This document shows, one piece after another, positions 9,940 to 21,199 of a stretch of DNA of 64,000 bases (its first letter is position 1; each line of letters begins with the position of its first letter). The DNA is taken from the NCBI GenBank assembly GCA_964500895.1, contig CAZCQP010000010.1, positions 432 through 64,431 of the forward strand. Direction: 5' to 3'. Under the pieces are notes generated by a model that ran no database searches, was not told the DNA's origin, and was given only the letters and a program-made list of their open reading frames with translations. Origin of the DNA: an uncultured Eubacteriales bacterium (lineage in GTDB: Bacteria; Bacillota; Clostridia; Lachnospirales; JAISER01). The position numbers were made by a program, and so were the translations under genes.

Positions 9940-11387
9940 GCGGAACGCAGGTTCAGCCTGCACACAGCCATTTTACAGAAGAACAATTGGCCCACATGAC
10001 CCCCACCGAACGGCGGATGGCCACGGAAGACTTGAAAAAACTGTTGTTCACCTATTCCGTGCCCACCGTGATTAGCATGTTCATCAACGCCTTGTATAAC
10101 GTGGTGGACCGTTTTTGGGTGGGAAAAATTCCCGGCGCAGGGAAAGAAGCCCTGGCCGGGGTGGGCATCACCATGCCCATCATGACGCTGGGGCTGGGGG
10201 CTGCCATGCTGGTGGGCATTGGTGCCGCCGCCCGCATTTCCATAGATTTAGGCAAGCGGGACCAAGCCGGTGCCGAACAGGTGCTGGGCAACGCCATGAC
10301 CATGGCCCTGCTTTTGTCTGTTATCCTTTCCGCTGTGGGGCTTTTGTTTAAGCTTCCCCTTTTGCGGCTGGTGGGTGCCAGCGAAGCCACCCTGCCCTTT
10401 GCCAGTGATTATATGACCATCATTTTGTGGGGCTTAATATTTCAGATGTTTTCTTTTGCATTAAATCACCCCATTCGAGCGGCTGGAAACCCCAAACGGT
10501 TTGCCAGCACCCAACTTTTGGGCGCCATTACCAACATGATTTTAGACCCTATTTTCATTTTGTACTTTAAAATGGGGGTTAAAGGCGCAGCATGGGCCAC
10601 CATTCTGGCCATGTGCATTTCCAGTATTTGGGTGTTATCCTATTATTTTTCTAAAGCCTCTTTGCTGCGGCTGCGCTTAAAATGCTTAAAGCTAAAAAAG
10701 GAAGCGGTCATGGCCATTGTGGCCATTGGCTTTTCGCCCTTTCTCATGCAAGTGGCCGCCAGCTTGGTATCGTTCATCATCAACCGCACCCTGAAAACAT
10801 ACGGCGACCTAGAGCTGGGCAACGGGGATGTGGCTATTGGTGCTATGACGGTTATCCAGGGTGTGTTTGCCATGGCACTTATGCCTATATTTGGCATTAG
10901 CCAGGGCGCACAGCCCATCATTGGCTTTAATTTTGGGGCCAAGTGTTACGCCCGGTTAAAAGATGCCTTTAGATGGTCCATCATTTACGCCCTTGGCATC
11001 AGCGTGGTGGGTTTTGTGCTCATTGAATGGTTTGCGCCCATGGTGGTCATGGCGTTTAACGACAGCCCAGACCTGGTGGCTGTGGGTACTTTTGGTATGC
11101 GTGTGATGTTAAGCACGGTAATACTCATTGCCCTGCAAGCTGTGTCTGTCAACTTTTTCACCGCCATTGGCCGAGCGAAAATTTCTGCCTATTTAAGCCT
11201 TTTGCGGCAGGTGATTGTGCTTATTCCGGCTTATATTGTGTTTCCCCTTTTCTTCGGCCTTAAAGGCATTTGGTTTGCACAGCCCTTTTCAGATGTGGTT
11301 GCCACTGTTGTCACCATGCTCTACATTGCGCGGGAATTTAGGCTATTAAAGGTCTCCCTTGGGCACCCCTCTGAACACGGGGAATAA
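9936..11387 (+). CDS. MATE family efflux transporter (MepA-like)
   Basis: ALYNVVDRFWVG, NMILDPIFI, GVKGAAWAT, QPIIGFNFGA; about 12 hydrophobic segments. Confidence 0.93.
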   Translation: MSGTQVQPAHSHFTEEQLAHMTPTERRMATEDLKKLLFTYSVPTVISMFINALYNVVDRFWVGKIPGAGKEALAGVGITMPIMTLGLGAAMLVGIGAAARISIDLGKRDQAGAEQVLGNAMTMALLLSVILSAVGLLFKLPLLRLVGASEATLPFASDYMTIILWGLIFQMFSFALNHPIRAAGNPKRFASTQLLGAITNMILDPIFILYFKMGVKGAAWATILAMCISSIWVLSYYFSKASLLRLRLKCLKLKKEAVMAIVAIGFSPFLMQVAASLVSFIINRTLKTYGDLELGNGDVAIGAMTVIQGVFAMALMPIFGISQGAQPIIGFNFGAKCYARLKDAFRWSIIYALGISVVGFVLIEWFAPMVVMAFNDSPDLVAVGTFGMRVMLSTVILIALQAVSVNFFTAIGRAKISAYLSLLRQVIVLIPAYIVFPLFFGLKGIWFAQPFSDVVATVVTMLYIAREFRLLKVSLGHPSEHGE

Positions 11388-11404
11388 CCCAGCATACATA
11401 ATTC

Positions 11405-11447
11405 ATCCCCCCTTGAATATATTGTACAGTCAAGGGGGGATTTTTTT
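11405..11447 (+). terminator. intrinsic terminator after the MATE gene; its 3' arm contains the RBS of the next gene
   Basis: ATCCCCCCTTGA..TCAAGGGGGGAT stem followed by a T run. Confidence 0.65.
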
Positions 11448-12177
11448 GCTGAAAATGATGACCATTACCGCACTGGTTTACGCCGCCGGGGTTTCCGGCT
11501 TTCTTAGTGGCACCATTTTTGCCTTATGCACCAGCAAAGTCAGCCGGTTGTTCCACGGCACATTATTAAACATCAGCGCCGGGCTACTTTTAGCTTACGT
11601 CTGCTTTTCCATGCTGCCCACGGCATTTAATGCCGGCGGCGTGAAGCTGGGGGTTGTGGGCATTGTGGCGGGGGCCACGGTGTGCGCCCTTTTAAGCAAC
11701 AAAATGGAACAGGCAGAAGGGTTGCCTGGTTCCCTTAAAATAGGGCTTTTGGTGCTGGCGGCCTTGTCTTTGCACAAGCTGCCGGAAGGCATGGCTTTAG
11801 GTTCTTTATTATATGTAGACATGGCGGCCGGGTTGTCCATGGCGCTGGTGGTGGCCCTGCACTGCATTCCAGAGGCGCTGGTGCTTAGCTTAAATTTACG
11901 GGAAGGTGGCATGGGGGCAGGCCATCTTTTGGCTGCTTGTTTTTTGGTGTGCCTGCCCATGGCGCTGGGCAGCTTTTTAGGCATTGGCTTAAGCCAGGTG
12001 TACGGCCCCTTTGGGGCACTGTGCCTGTCTTTTTCCGGCGGGGTGATGATTTACATCGCCTGCGGGGAAATTGTGCCGGAGCATGGCAAACGGCAGGAAC
12101 AAAGGGTGTGGACGATGGGTGCTTTGGTTGGGTTTGGGCTTGGTGTGCTGCTTACTGCGGGGCAAATTGCCACTTAA
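11446..12177 (+). CDS. ZIP/GufA-family metal transporter (divergent)
   Basis: Hydrophobic; LHKLPEGMALG and ALHCIPEA resemble the ZIP HNxPEG motifs; start placed at TTG after AAGGGGGG. Confidence 0.75.
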   Translation: MLKMMTITALVYAAGVSGFLSGTIFALCTSKVSRLFHGTLLNISAGLLLAYVCFSMLPTAFNAGGVKLGVVGIVAGATVCALLSNKMEQAEGLPGSLKIGLLVLAALSLHKLPEGMALGSLLYVDMAAGLSMALVVALHCIPEALVLSLNLREGGMGAGHLLAACFLVCLPMALGSFLGIGLSQVYGPFGALCLSFSGGVMIYIACGEIVPEHGKRQEQRVWTMGALVGFGLGVLLTAGQIAT

Positions 12178-12185
12178 TAGATTTG

Positions 12186-12214
12186 TTGCATTTTGCAGAA
12201 AATCATTGTATAAT
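12186..12214 (+). promoter_or_regulatory. sigma-A promoter for recJ-apt
   Basis: TTGCAT-17 nt-TATAAT. Confidence 0.65.
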
Positions 12215-12242
12215 CAAAAAAACTAGAAATGGTACAGATAAA

Positions 12243-14039
12243 ATGTCGAAATGGAAGCTAACAAAAGAACAAGCCAATATACCCCTTATGGCCGAGACGC
12301 TGGATATTTCTGAAACAACCGCTCAGGTGATGGTGAACCGGCATATTCGCACCAAAAACACCGCCCTGAAATTTTTACACCCCAGCCCTCGCTTTTTTAA
12401 CGACCCTTTTTTAATGAAAGACATGGACAAAGCCGTGTGCCTGCTGGGGGAAGCCATTAAAGACGGCAAGCGGATTGCTGTCTTTGGGGACTATGATGTG
12501 GACGGGGTGATGAGCACCGTCATCCTATACAAAACGCTAAAAGCCGCCGGGGCGCAGGTGGGTTATTACATCCCCCACCGGGAGCACGACGGCTACGGTC
12601 TGAATGTGAGAATTGTAGAAGCCCTGCACAAAACCGGGGTTCAATTTTTACTCACCTGCGACAACGGCATTGCCGCTTTGGCAGAAATTGAAAAAGCCAA
12701 AGCTTACGGCATGACGGTGGTGGTGCTGGACCATCACGAGCCGCCCCTTGTGGAAACCGCAGAGGGCATCACCACCGCCCTGCCTCAAGCAGATGCGGTG
12801 GTGAACCCCAAGCAGCCGGGTTGCCCTTACCCTTTTAAAGCGCTGTGCGCCGGGGGTATTGCCTACAAACTGGCGCTGGCTTTTCACCGGCACATGAACC
12901 TGAATTTTAATTTAGAGCAAGAATTTTTAGTATTGGCCATGCTGGCCACTTTTTGCGATATTGTAGATTTGCAGGACGAAAACAGAATCATTGCCAAAAC
13001 AGGGCTAGACATTTTAAACCAGAACCCAGGCATCAACCTAGGGTTATATGCCCTTATTAAAGCCAAAGCTTACGAAAACCGCCCCATCAACGAATATGCG
13101 GTGGGCTTCATCATTGGCCCCTGTATCAACGCCACCGGGCGTTTAGAGCAGGCAGACATTGCGGTGAACCTGCTCACCAGCCAAAATGAGGAAGAAACCC
13201 AAATTTTGGCCCGGGAAATGATTAACTTAAACGAAGTTCGCAAACAATTAACAGTGGAGGCTTCTGCCCGCATTACAGAGCTGGTGGAACAGACCATTGA
13301 TTTAAAAACGGAAAAAGTGCTGGTGGTGCTGGACCCAGACACCCACGAAAGCATTGCGGGCATTGTGGCCGGGCGGCTCAAACAGGCGTACTGGCGGCCG
13401 GTCTTGGTTTTAACCCGCAGCGGCCAATGGGTGAAAGGCTCTGCCCGTTCCATTGAAGGGTATAATTTGTTCGAGTCTATGTCTGCCTGCAAAGACCTTT
13501 TTGAGCGTTTTGGCGGACATGCCTTGGCGGCTGGGGTGACCATGGCGGAAACCAATGTGGATGCTGTACGGCAACGGTTAAACGCCCAGTGTTCCCTGTG
13601 CCCGGAAGACTTTACGGAAAGCCTGCACATTGACGAGGAACTGTCTTTGGAACAGGTTACTTACAAACTGGCCACAGAACTAAACCGGCTGGCTCCCTTT
13701 GGCAAATGCAACCACGAGCCTTTGTTTCTAACCCGGAATTTAACGTTGGCCCACGTACAGGTGCTGGCGGAAAAGAACACCCTTATCTTCTCTTTGGCCA
13801 CCCCGGGCAACCAGCGCAAAATGAAAGCCATTGGTTTTGGCCCCAGCTTGGTGGCCCAGTTTCAGGCACAAGTAACCGCCCAGTGCGGGGACTATGTGGC
13901 CCAAAAAGTGATGCATGGCATTTTACGCCAGGCCGATTTTATGCTGGATGTGGTGTATACCATCAGCATCAATGTTTATAACGGACAAGAAACGGTACAA
14001 ATGAAAGTGAAAGACTTTTACATACACGCTGTTGTGTAA
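12243..14039 (+). CDS. recJ: ssDNA-specific exonuclease RecJ
   Basis: GDYDVDG, TCDNG, LDHH, INATGRL, KGSARS, FGGH; start at ATG 12243 downstream of the promoter. Confidence 0.96.
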   Translation: MSKWKLTKEQANIPLMAETLDISETTAQVMVNRHIRTKNTALKFLHPSPRFFNDPFLMKDMDKAVCLLGEAIKDGKRIAVFGDYDVDGVMSTVILYKTLKAAGAQVGYYIPHREHDGYGLNVRIVEALHKTGVQFLLTCDNGIAALAEIEKAKAYGMTVVVLDHHEPPLVETAEGITTALPQADAVVNPKQPGCPYPFKALCAGGIAYKLALAFHRHMNLNFNLEQEFLVLAMLATFCDIVDLQDENRIIAKTGLDILNQNPGINLGLYALIKAKAYENRPINEYAVGFIIGPCINATGRLEQADIAVNLLTSQNEEETQILAREMINLNEVRKQLTVEASARITELVEQTIDLKTEKVLVVLDPDTHESIAGIVAGRLKQAYWRPVLVLTRSGQWVKGSARSIEGYNLFESMSACKDLFERFGGHALAAGVTMAETNVDAVRQRLNAQCSLCPEDFTESLHIDEELSLEQVTYKLATELNRLAPFGKCNHEPLFLTRNLTLAHVQVLAEKNTLIFSLATPGNQRKMKAIGFGPSLVAQFQAQVTAQCGDYVAQKVMHGILRQADFMLDVVYTISINVYNGQETVQMKVKDFYIHAVV

Positions 14040-14060
14040 CCAACCCAAAAGAGGTGTTTT

Positions 14061-14573
14061 ATGGACTTAAAAACAGTTTGCCGCACCATTTACGACTTTC
14101 CCCACGAAGGCATTATTTTCAGAGACATCACCCCCATTTTGCAGCATCCCGAAGCTTTGCAACAAGCCGTGAACCAAATGGCAGATAAAATTAAACATTT
14201 AGACTTCGACCTCATTGTAAGCCCGGAATCCAGAGGGTTTATTTTTGGGGTGCCTTTGGCTTATGTGCTGGGTAAAGGGTTTGTGCCCATGCGTAAAGCA
14301 GGGAAGCTTCCTTTTAAAACCGTTAGCCAAAGCTACGACCTGGAGTACGGCACGGCCACCATCGAAGCCCATGCCGACGCCATTAAACCCGGCCAACGGG
14401 TGGTGATTGCAGACGATTTGCTGGCCACAGGCGGCACATGCCAGGCCATGGCCAAGCTGATTGAAGAAATGGGCGGCACAGTGGCCGCCACTGTATTTTT
14501 AATTGAATTGGAGGCATTACAAGGCCGCGATGCCTTAGCTAAATATGAAAACCATGCCGTCATGGCGTATTAA
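14061..14573 (+). CDS. apt: adenine phosphoribosyltransferase
   Basis: ESRGF, RKAGKLP, LEYG, DDLLATGGT. Confidence 0.97.
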   Translation: MDLKTVCRTIYDFPHEGIIFRDITPILQHPEALQQAVNQMADKIKHLDFDLIVSPESRGFIFGVPLAYVLGKGFVPMRKAGKLPFKTVSQSYDLEYGTATIEAHADAIKPGQRVVIADDLLATGGTCQAMAKLIEEMGGTVAATVFLIELEALQGRDALAKYENHAVMAY

Positions 14574-14590
14574 AATCAAGGAGTGTCAGT

Positions 14591-15715
14591 ATGGAAATCC
14601 GTCCCACCAAAGAGAAGTTGTATGCAGAGCTGGGCATTATTGCTCTGAAAAGTTTTGAAACCATCGGCAAGAAAATTGACCAGGAACTTTTAAAACGGCA
14701 CCGGGAAAACACCAGCTTCGACCACGGCAACACCGAAAATTCCGGCACCTTTTTAATTGATACGGAGCAAGTGCGTTTTTCCAACGGCGAAGGCAAAGTG
14801 GTGATTAACGAGTCTGTCCGGGGCAAAGACATTTATATCCTTTGCGACATTGGCAACTACAGCTGCACCTATAACCTGTATGGCCAAGAAACCCGCATGG
14901 GCCCCGACGAGCATTTCAGAGACTTAAAGCGCACCTTGTCTGCCATTGGCGGCAAAGCCCGGCGCACCACCGTGGTGATGCCCCTGCTTTACGCTTCCCG
15001 CCAAGACAAACGCCGGGGCCGAGAATCTTTAGACTGTGCTTTGGCTTTGCAAGAAATGCAAAGCATGGGCATTGAAAACTTGATGACCTTCGACGTACAC
15101 AACCCGGCAGTGCAAAACGCCATTTCTTTAACCTCTTTTGAAAACCTATACCCCACCCACAACATTGTGGAGGCGTTAAAGTCCGACGTGGACACCAGCG
15201 AAAAGTTTCTGGTCATCAGCCCGGATACCGGCGCTGTGGACCGTGCCATCTACTACGCCAGCATCATGGGCGCAGACGTGGGTGTTTTCTACAAGCGGCG
15301 GGACTACAAGCGCATTGAAAACGGCCGCAACCCCATTGTGCAGCACGAATACATGGGCCAGTCTGTGGAAGGGCAAAGCGTGTTGATTGTGGACGACATC
15401 ATCAGCTCTGGCCGCTCTGTGCTGGACATTGTGGAAGAACTGAAAAACCGGAAAGCCAAGAAGATCTACATCGCCGCCACTTTTGCAGGGTTTACAGACG
15501 GCATTTCCGAATTTAACCGCTATTATAACGACGGCATCATCAGCCGGGTGTATTCCACCAATTTAAGCTATTTTTCAGATGACGTGCGCAATGCCCCCTG
15601 GTTTAGAGAAGTGGACATGTCCGGCTTTATTGCGGAACTCATTGACACCTTGAACTACTCTCAATCCGTTGCGCCCTTGTTAAACCGCACCAAAACCATT
15701 CTGAAAGAAGGTTAA
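14591..15715 (+). CDS. prs: ribose-phosphate pyrophosphokinase (long clostridial type)
   Basis: RFSNGEGK, ESVRGKD, YASRQD, ISPDTG, IVDDIISSG. Confidence 0.93.
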   Translation: MEIRPTKEKLYAELGIIALKSFETIGKKIDQELLKRHRENTSFDHGNTENSGTFLIDTEQVRFSNGEGKVVINESVRGKDIYILCDIGNYSCTYNLYGQETRMGPDEHFRDLKRTLSAIGGKARRTTVVMPLLYASRQDKRRGRESLDCALALQEMQSMGIENLMTFDVHNPAVQNAISLTSFENLYPTHNIVEALKSDVDTSEKFLVISPDTGAVDRAIYYASIMGADVGVFYKRRDYKRIENGRNPIVQHEYMGQSVEGQSVLIVDDIISSGRSVLDIVEELKNRKAKKIYIAATFAGFTDGISEFNRYYNDGIISRVYSTNLSYFSDDVRNAPWFREVDMSGFIAELIDTLNYSQSVAPLLNRTKTILKEG

Positions 15716-15718
15716 GCC

Positions 15719-16195
15719 ATGGTTCGCATAGGCATTGGCCACGACACCCATAAACTGGTTCCCGACAGAAAGCTCATTCTAGGCGGGGTGCATATCCCCT
15801 TTGAGCTGGGGTTATTGGGCCATTCCGATGCAGACGTGCTGACCCACGCCCTAATGGATGCTCTGTTAGGGGCAGCGGCCATGGGTGATATTGGCCGCCA
15901 TTTTCCAGATACAGACCCGGCGTATAAAGGTGCGGATAGTTTGATGCTTCTGGCTCGGGTGGTGGACATGCTGGCCAAGGAAGGTTACCAGCTGGTGAAT
16001 GCAGATACCATCATTCATGCGCAAAAACCTAAGCTGGCTGGCTACATTAGCCAAATGGAAGCCAACCTGGCCACTGTTTTACAGGTGCCGCCCTCGGCTG
16101 TAAACGTGAAAGCCACTACCGGGGAAGGACTGGGCTTTATTGGCCGGATGGAAGGTATTTCTGCCCAGGCTGTTTGTTTAATTCAAAATAAATAA
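15719..16195 (+). CDS. ispF: 2-C-methyl-D-erythritol 2,4-cyclodiphosphate synthase
   Basis: [31 protein letters not shown]. Confidence 0.97.
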   Translation: MVRIGIGHDTHKLVPDRKLILGGVHIPFELGLLGHSDADVLTHALMDALLGAAAMGDIGRHFPDTDPAYKGADSLMLLARVVDMLAKEGYQLVNADTIIHAQKPKLAGYISQMEANLATVLQVPPSAVNVKATTGEGLGFIGRMEGISAQAVCLIQNK

Positions 16196-16216
16196 TATGA
16201 CAAAGGGGTACTGCCA

Positions 16217-17770
16217 ATGAAAAACGTTATGCAAGCATCGAACGCTTTTGCAGCAGGTCTTTTGGCCGTTACGTTAGCCGTTTGCCCAGTTTTAGGAGCG
16301 GCCCAAACAGAGGTAGAGGTTATCCCTTTGCCCTATGACGATTTGTATCCGGTGCATTACGACATGTATTCCTCTTTTTATGGGGATATATATGCAAGTT
16401 CTGAGGACGACAGCTACATTTATGTGGTGAAAAACGACAAAGAAGGGCTCATAGACTCCACCGGAAAGGAAATCATCCCCCCCATCTATGACAGTGTGTA
16501 CGCCGGTGAGGACACTGACCCCTACTTCGGGGTATTTAATGAAGATGAAGGCTGGGGCCTGGTGGATGCAGAAAACCCGGACCAGCTCATGGTGCCCATG
16601 CTTTATGACGACATTTATGGCTTTAACAATGGGCTGGCTTTGGTATGCAAAGACGATTTGTACGGTTATGTAGACATGGAAGGCAACGAAGTGATTCCGC
16701 CCCAGTTTGAAGATGCCTACCGCTTTAAAGACGGTTCCGGCATTGCTTTTGCTTATGAAGACGACTGTTACGGTGTCATCAACACGGCCGGGGAATGGGT
16801 AGTGGAACCCATTTATGAAGACATTTTTTGGTCTAGGGAAGATGGGCTCATCCTGGTTTACAAAGACGGGGCATACGGTTATATCAACCATTCCGGCGAG
16901 GAAATCATTCCCATTCGGTACGACGACACTAACGGTTTTTATGAAGGTTTGGCCGTGGTGCGTTTTGACCAGCTTTGGGGAGCCATTGACAGAACTGGGG
17001 CAGAAGTGATTCCTATACAGTATGCATATATGGCAGACTTTCAAGAAGGGCTGGCCGTGGTGAGCATGGACGATAAATGGGGTGCCATTGACAAAACCGG
17101 TGAAGTGGTCATTCCCCTTACCTACGACGATATGGATAGCTTTGATGACGGCCTGGCCCGGGTGCAGCTGGAGGATAAAGCCGGCTTTGTAGACAAAATC
17201 GGGCAGGTGGCTATTCCCTTTGAATATGAATACCTGGGGTATTTTTCTGAGGGCCGCATAGACTACGGGATGGATGGCATGGAAGGCTTTTTGGATAAAA
17301 ACGGCACCCCCCTAACACCACCCAAGTACGACTATGTGTTAAACTACCACAACAACATGGCCAAAGTGGTGTCCGACGGCAAATATGGTTATGTAGACAA
17401 AACCGGCAAAGAGGTTGTGCCACCCATTTACGAATATGCCACCAACTTCAGCAATGGCTACGGCCTTGTGTCTAACCGCTGGCCAGGTTATGGTATGTCC
17501 ATCTTCACTTGGCCCAAAAAGACCTGGTTTGGTTATGTGGATGAAACCGGGGAAATGCCGGTCACCCTTATGGCGGAAACCGCCCAAATCTTCTTGGATG
17601 GCTTGGCTGTTGTGAAGACGCAGGGTAAGTACGGCCTGATAGACACAAAAGGGGAAATGGTGCTGCCTGCGGAATATGACAACATTTACTACTTTGGTTC
17701 ATACATTGTGGAAAAGGACGGCACATATGGGCTCGTTAAAATAAAGAACGGAGGGGAATCATACCGTTAA
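16217..17770 (+). CDS. secreted WG-repeat (KWG-like) protein
   Basis: Signal peptide followed by many ~35-aa repeats of the form F.EGLA.V...KWG.IDKTG..VIP..Y. Confidence 0.9.
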   Translation: MKNVMQASNAFAAGLLAVTLAVCPVLGAAQTEVEVIPLPYDDLYPVHYDMYSSFYGDIYASSEDDSYIYVVKNDKEGLIDSTGKEIIPPIYDSVYAGEDTDPYFGVFNEDEGWGLVDAENPDQLMVPMLYDDIYGFNNGLALVCKDDLYGYVDMEGNEVIPPQFEDAYRFKDGSGIAFAYEDDCYGVINTAGEWVVEPIYEDIFWSREDGLILVYKDGAYGYINHSGEEIIPIRYDDTNGFYEGLAVVRFDQLWGAIDRTGAEVIPIQYAYMADFQEGLAVVSMDDKWGAIDKTGEVVIPLTYDDMDSFDDGLARVQLEDKAGFVDKIGQVAIPFEYEYLGYFSEGRIDYGMDGMEGFLDKNGTPLTPPKYDYVLNYHNNMAKVVSDGKYGYVDKTGKEVVPPIYEYATNFSNGYGLVSNRWPGYGMSIFTWPKKTWFGYVDETGEMPVTLMAETAQIFLDGLAVVKTQGKYGLIDTKGEMVLPAEYDNIYYFGSYIVEKDGTYGLVKIKNGGESYR

Positions 17771-18411
17771 TGGGATTTATTGAGGACATTCATAACATTA
17801 AAACAAGAGACCCGGCCATGAAGAGCCTGGTGGAAGTGGTGCTCTACCCCACCTTTTGGGCGCTGGGGTTCCACCGCATTGCCCACGGCCTTTACCGGAT
17901 GAAGCTTTATTTTATTGCCAGGCTTATTTCCCAGTTTTCCCGGTGGATAACCGGCATTGAAATACACCCCGGTGCCAAAATTGGCCGACGGTTTTTCATA
18001 GACCACGGCATGGGGGTTGTTATTGGGGAAACCTGCGAAATTGGGGATGATGTCATCATCTACCAGGGAGTCACCTTGGGAGGCACCGGCAAAGATACCG
18101 GCAAACGTCACCCCACCATTGGCAACCACGTGCTCATTGGCAGCGGAGCCAAAGTGCTGGGGGGCTTTACAGTGGGCAGCAACGTGCGCATTGGCGCAGG
18201 TAGCGTGGTGCTTGCGGAAGTGCCGGACGACTGCACCGTGGTGGGCATTCCTGCCCGTGTGATTATGCGGGTTGAATCCGGGCTAAAAGACGAGATTTTA
18301 GAACAACGTTTCCCAGACCCTGTGGCCATGGAGCTGTGCCAGGTGAAAACCCGGTTAGACGAATTGGAGCGCATATTATTGGAAAGGAACCATACCGATG
18401 AAGGTTTATAA
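17770..18411 (+). CDS. cysE: serine O-acetyltransferase
   Basis: [34 protein letters not shown]. Confidence 0.96.
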   Translation: MGFIEDIHNIKTRDPAMKSLVEVVLYPTFWALGFHRIAHGLYRMKLYFIARLISQFSRWITGIEIHPGAKIGRRFFIDHGMGVVIGETCEIGDDVIIYQGVTLGGTGKDTGKRHPTIGNHVLIGSGAKVLGGFTVGSNVRIGAGSVVLAEVPDDCTVVGIPARVIMRVESGLKDEILEQRFPDPVAMELCQVKTRLDELERILLERNHTDEGL

Positions 18412-19807
18412 TACACTGTCACGACAAAAAGAAGAGTTTGTGCCTTTAAACGGCAACATCGTCACCATGTATTCTTGCGGGCCAACGGTGTACAATTTCA
18501 TACACATTGGCAACGCCCGGCCTTTGGTGGCCTTTGACACCATTGCCCGGTATCTGGCCTACAAAGGCTACGATGTGCGCCGGGTGCAAAACTTTACAGA
18601 TGTGGACGACAAAATCATTAACAAAGCGCTGGAGGAAGGGGTGGCTTCCACCGTTATCAGTGAGCGGTTCATTCAAGAAGCACTCACCGACGAAAACGGC
18701 TTAAACGTACACCCACCGGAACACCGCCCGAAAGTGACGGAAGAAATGGACGGCATCATTGCCATGATTGACGGCCTGGTGCAAAACGGCTTTGCCTACG
18801 AAAAAAACGGCACGGTGTACTTTGATACCGCCCGGTTTGAAGGTTATGGCAAGTTAAGCAAGAAAAACATTGAGGAACTGGAAGCCGGTTCCCGGGTGGC
18901 TATGGACACAGAAAAAACCAACGTGTCCGACTTTGTGCTGTGGAAGCCCGCCAAACCCGGCGAGCCCAAGTGGCCCTCCCCTTGGGGTGACGGCCGCCCC
19001 GGCTGGCACATTGAATGCTCTGCCATGATTAAAGCCTATTTAGGGGAAACCATCGACATTCACACCGGCGGGGAAGACTTGATTTTCCCCCACCACGAAA
19101 ACGAAATTGCCCAAAGCGAGTGCGCCAACGGTGCGCCTTTGGCCAAATACTGGTTGCACAACGGCTTTTTAAACGTGGATAACAAGAAAATGTCCAAATC
19201 TTTGGGCAACTTCTTCACCGTGCGGGAAATTCTCGAAAAGTTTGATTACGACGTGATTCGCTTCTTTTTGGTAAGCGCCCATTACCGTATGCCGGTAAAT
19301 TTTAGTGATGAACTGTTGCAAGCGGCTGAAAACGGCTTAAACCGCATTAAAAACGCAGTACAGGCCGTGAAACATTTAACCACCATCACCACAGATGCAC
19401 CCATGACCCCAGAGGAAACACAACTGCTGGAAGAAGCGCAAGGGTTCATTACCGCTTTTGAAGCCAGCATGGATGATGACTTTAACACCGCGGATGGGGT
19501 GTCCAGCCTGTTTGAACTGGTGCGCTTTGCAAACATTCACGTAACGGAAAAAAGCACCCGCCCCTTTGCCGCTGCCATTTTGGAAAAACTGATGCTGCTG
19601 TGCGGCATTTTAGGGTTGAAAATGGAAGCCGAACAAAAAGCGGATGATGCACAAGCTGCCGCCATTGAAGCCAAAATCCAGCAACGGCAGGACGCCCGAA
19701 AAGCCAAAGACTTTAAAACCGCCGATGCCATCCGTGACGAACTGGCTCAAATGGGTGTAGTGCTTGAAGACACCTCCGCCGGCGTGCGCTGGTCTTACAA
19801 AAAATGA
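18398..19807 (+). CDS. cysS: cysteine-tRNA ligase
   Basis: [30 protein letters not shown]. Confidence 0.98.
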   Translation: MKVYNTLSRQKEEFVPLNGNIVTMYSCGPTVYNFIHIGNARPLVAFDTIARYLAYKGYDVRRVQNFTDVDDKIINKALEEGVASTVISERFIQEALTDENGLNVHPPEHRPKVTEEMDGIIAMIDGLVQNGFAYEKNGTVYFDTARFEGYGKLSKKNIEELEAGSRVAMDTEKTNVSDFVLWKPAKPGEPKWPSPWGDGRPGWHIECSAMIKAYLGETIDIHTGGEDLIFPHHENEIAQSECANGAPLAKYWLHNGFLNVDNKKMSKSLGNFFTVREILEKFDYDVIRFFLVSAHYRMPVNFSDELLQAAENGLNRIKNAVQAVKHLTTITTDAPMTPEETQLLEEAQGFITAFEASMDDDFNTADGVSSLFELVRFANIHVTEKSTRPFAAAILEKLMLLCGILGLKMEAEQKADDAQAAAIEAKIQQRQDARKAKDFKTADAIRDELAQMGVVLEDTSAGVRWSYKK

Positions 19808-20247
19808 GCGAGGCAGACAAAAAAGATTTAACCGGGTACGACCCGTTACAACTGGCGTATATGGGCGATGCGGTGTTTGAGCTGTTTGTGCGGGAGCATG
19901 TGCTGCGCACAGACAAAGGCACAGTGAACCGGCTGAGCAAAACCGCCCACCGGCTGGTGAAAGCCCCCGCCCAAGCCCATATGTACTTTTACTTGCTACC
20001 CCTGCTTACGGCGGAGGAAACAGCCGTCATTAAGCGGGGCCGCAACGCCAAATCCGCCACAAAGGCCAAAAATGCCACAGTGACGGATTATCGCCATGCC
20101 ACAGGGTTGGAATCCCTGTTCGGCTATTTGTATTTGTCCGGCCAGCGGGACAGGCTATATACTTTAATGGAAGCCTGCCTGCACCCGGATGCATTATTAT
20201 CAACCCCCATACAAGGAGTAAACCATGAAACCCATGAGACCCGGTAA
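19804..20247 (+). CDS. mrnC: Mini-ribonuclease III
   Basis: LAYMGDAVFE, KRGRN, YRHATGLESLFGYL. Confidence 0.95.
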   Translation: MSEADKKDLTGYDPLQLAYMGDAVFELFVREHVLRTDKGTVNRLSKTAHRLVKAPAQAHMYFYLLPLLTAEETAVIKRGRNAKSATKAKNATVTDYRHATGLESLFGYLYLSGQRDRLYTLMEACLHPDALLSTPIQGVNHETHETR

Positions 20248-21199
20248 ACCCGGAAAATCGAGCAATCCCAACGCAAAACGACCATCGAGAGACGCAAAAC
20301 CCGGCTTTGGCCAAAGTTCAAGCCCAAGCCCTAGCTTTAACCCAAAGGCAAAGGGTAAGGGTAACCCAAAAAGCAACCCAAAGGCCGACTTTAAACCACG
20401 AACAAAACCTGAGTTTCACAAAGATGAGCCTGACGAGGAAGAAGATGCCCTTCAGCTGGAAGGCCGCAACGCTGTGCTGGAAGCTTTAAAAGGCGAAGTG
20501 GGCATAGACAAAATATTGCTTAAAAAGGGTGAAATTGAAGGCACCCTGAAAGTGATTGCCGCCAAGGCCAAAGAAAAAGGCATTGTTGTACAGGAAGTGG
20601 AACGAGCACGGTTGGACGAGCTGTCTAAAACCGGCAAGCACCAAGGGGTGTTGGCTTTGTGTCCGGCTTATCCGTATGCCACCGTGGAGGACATGCTGGC
20701 CAACGCCAAAGCAAAAGGGGAAGACCCCTTTATCATTCTACTGGATAGCGTGACAGACCCCCACAACCTGGGTGCCATCATCCGCAGCGCCGAAGGCTGC
20801 GGTGCCCATGGGGTGGTTATTCCCAAGCGCCGTGGTGTTGGCTTAACAGCTGTGGCCGTTCGGGCATCTGCCGGGGCTGTGGCTTACGTGCCTGTGGCCC
20901 GGGTGAACAACATTGGCAACGTGGTGGACATGCTGAAACACAACGGTCTATGGGCTGCTGCTTCCAACATGGAAGGCCAAACCATGACCAAAGCCGATTT
21001 AACTGGCCCCTTGGCACTGGTCATTGGCGGGGAAGACACTGGTGTTGGCCGGTTAATTGCCGAAAAGTGTGACTTTAACGTGACCATCCCCATGCGTGGC
21101 CGTATGGGTTCTTTAAATGCCTCTGTGGCCGCCGGGGTTTTAATGTACGAAGTCATTCGCCAAAGAAGTGCCAAAGCCCAAATTAAAGCACAGGGGTGA
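20225..21199 (+). CDS. rlmB: 23S rRNA Gm2251 methyltransferase (SPOUT) with a basic N-terminal extension
   Basis: GRNAVLEAL, HQGV, DPHNLGAIIRS, SLNASVA. Confidence 0.95.
   Translation: MKPMRPGKPGKSSNPNAKRPSRDAKPGFGQSSSPSPSFNPKAKGKGNPKSNPKADFKPRTKPEFHKDEPDEEEDALQLEGRNAVLEALKGEVGIDKILLKKGEIEGTLKVIAAKAKEKGIVVQEVERARLDELSKTGKHQGVLALCPAYPYATVEDMLANAKAKGEDPFIILLDSVTDPHNLGAIIRSAEGCGAHGVVIPKRRGVGLTAVAVRASAGAVAYVPVARVNNIGNVVDMLKHNGLWAAASNMEGQTMTKADLTGPLALVIGGEDTGVGRLIAEKCDFNVTIPMRGRMGSLNASVAAGVLMYEVIRQRSAKAQIKAQG

Noticed and set aside
11937-12242. N-terminal extension of RecJ in the ORF track
   Set aside because: Overlaps the ZIP gene and lies upstream of a good promoter; the real start is most likely 12243
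20225-20450. Low-complexity Lys/Pro-rich N-terminus of RlmB as a separate domain
   Set aside because: Disordered basic extensions are common in this family
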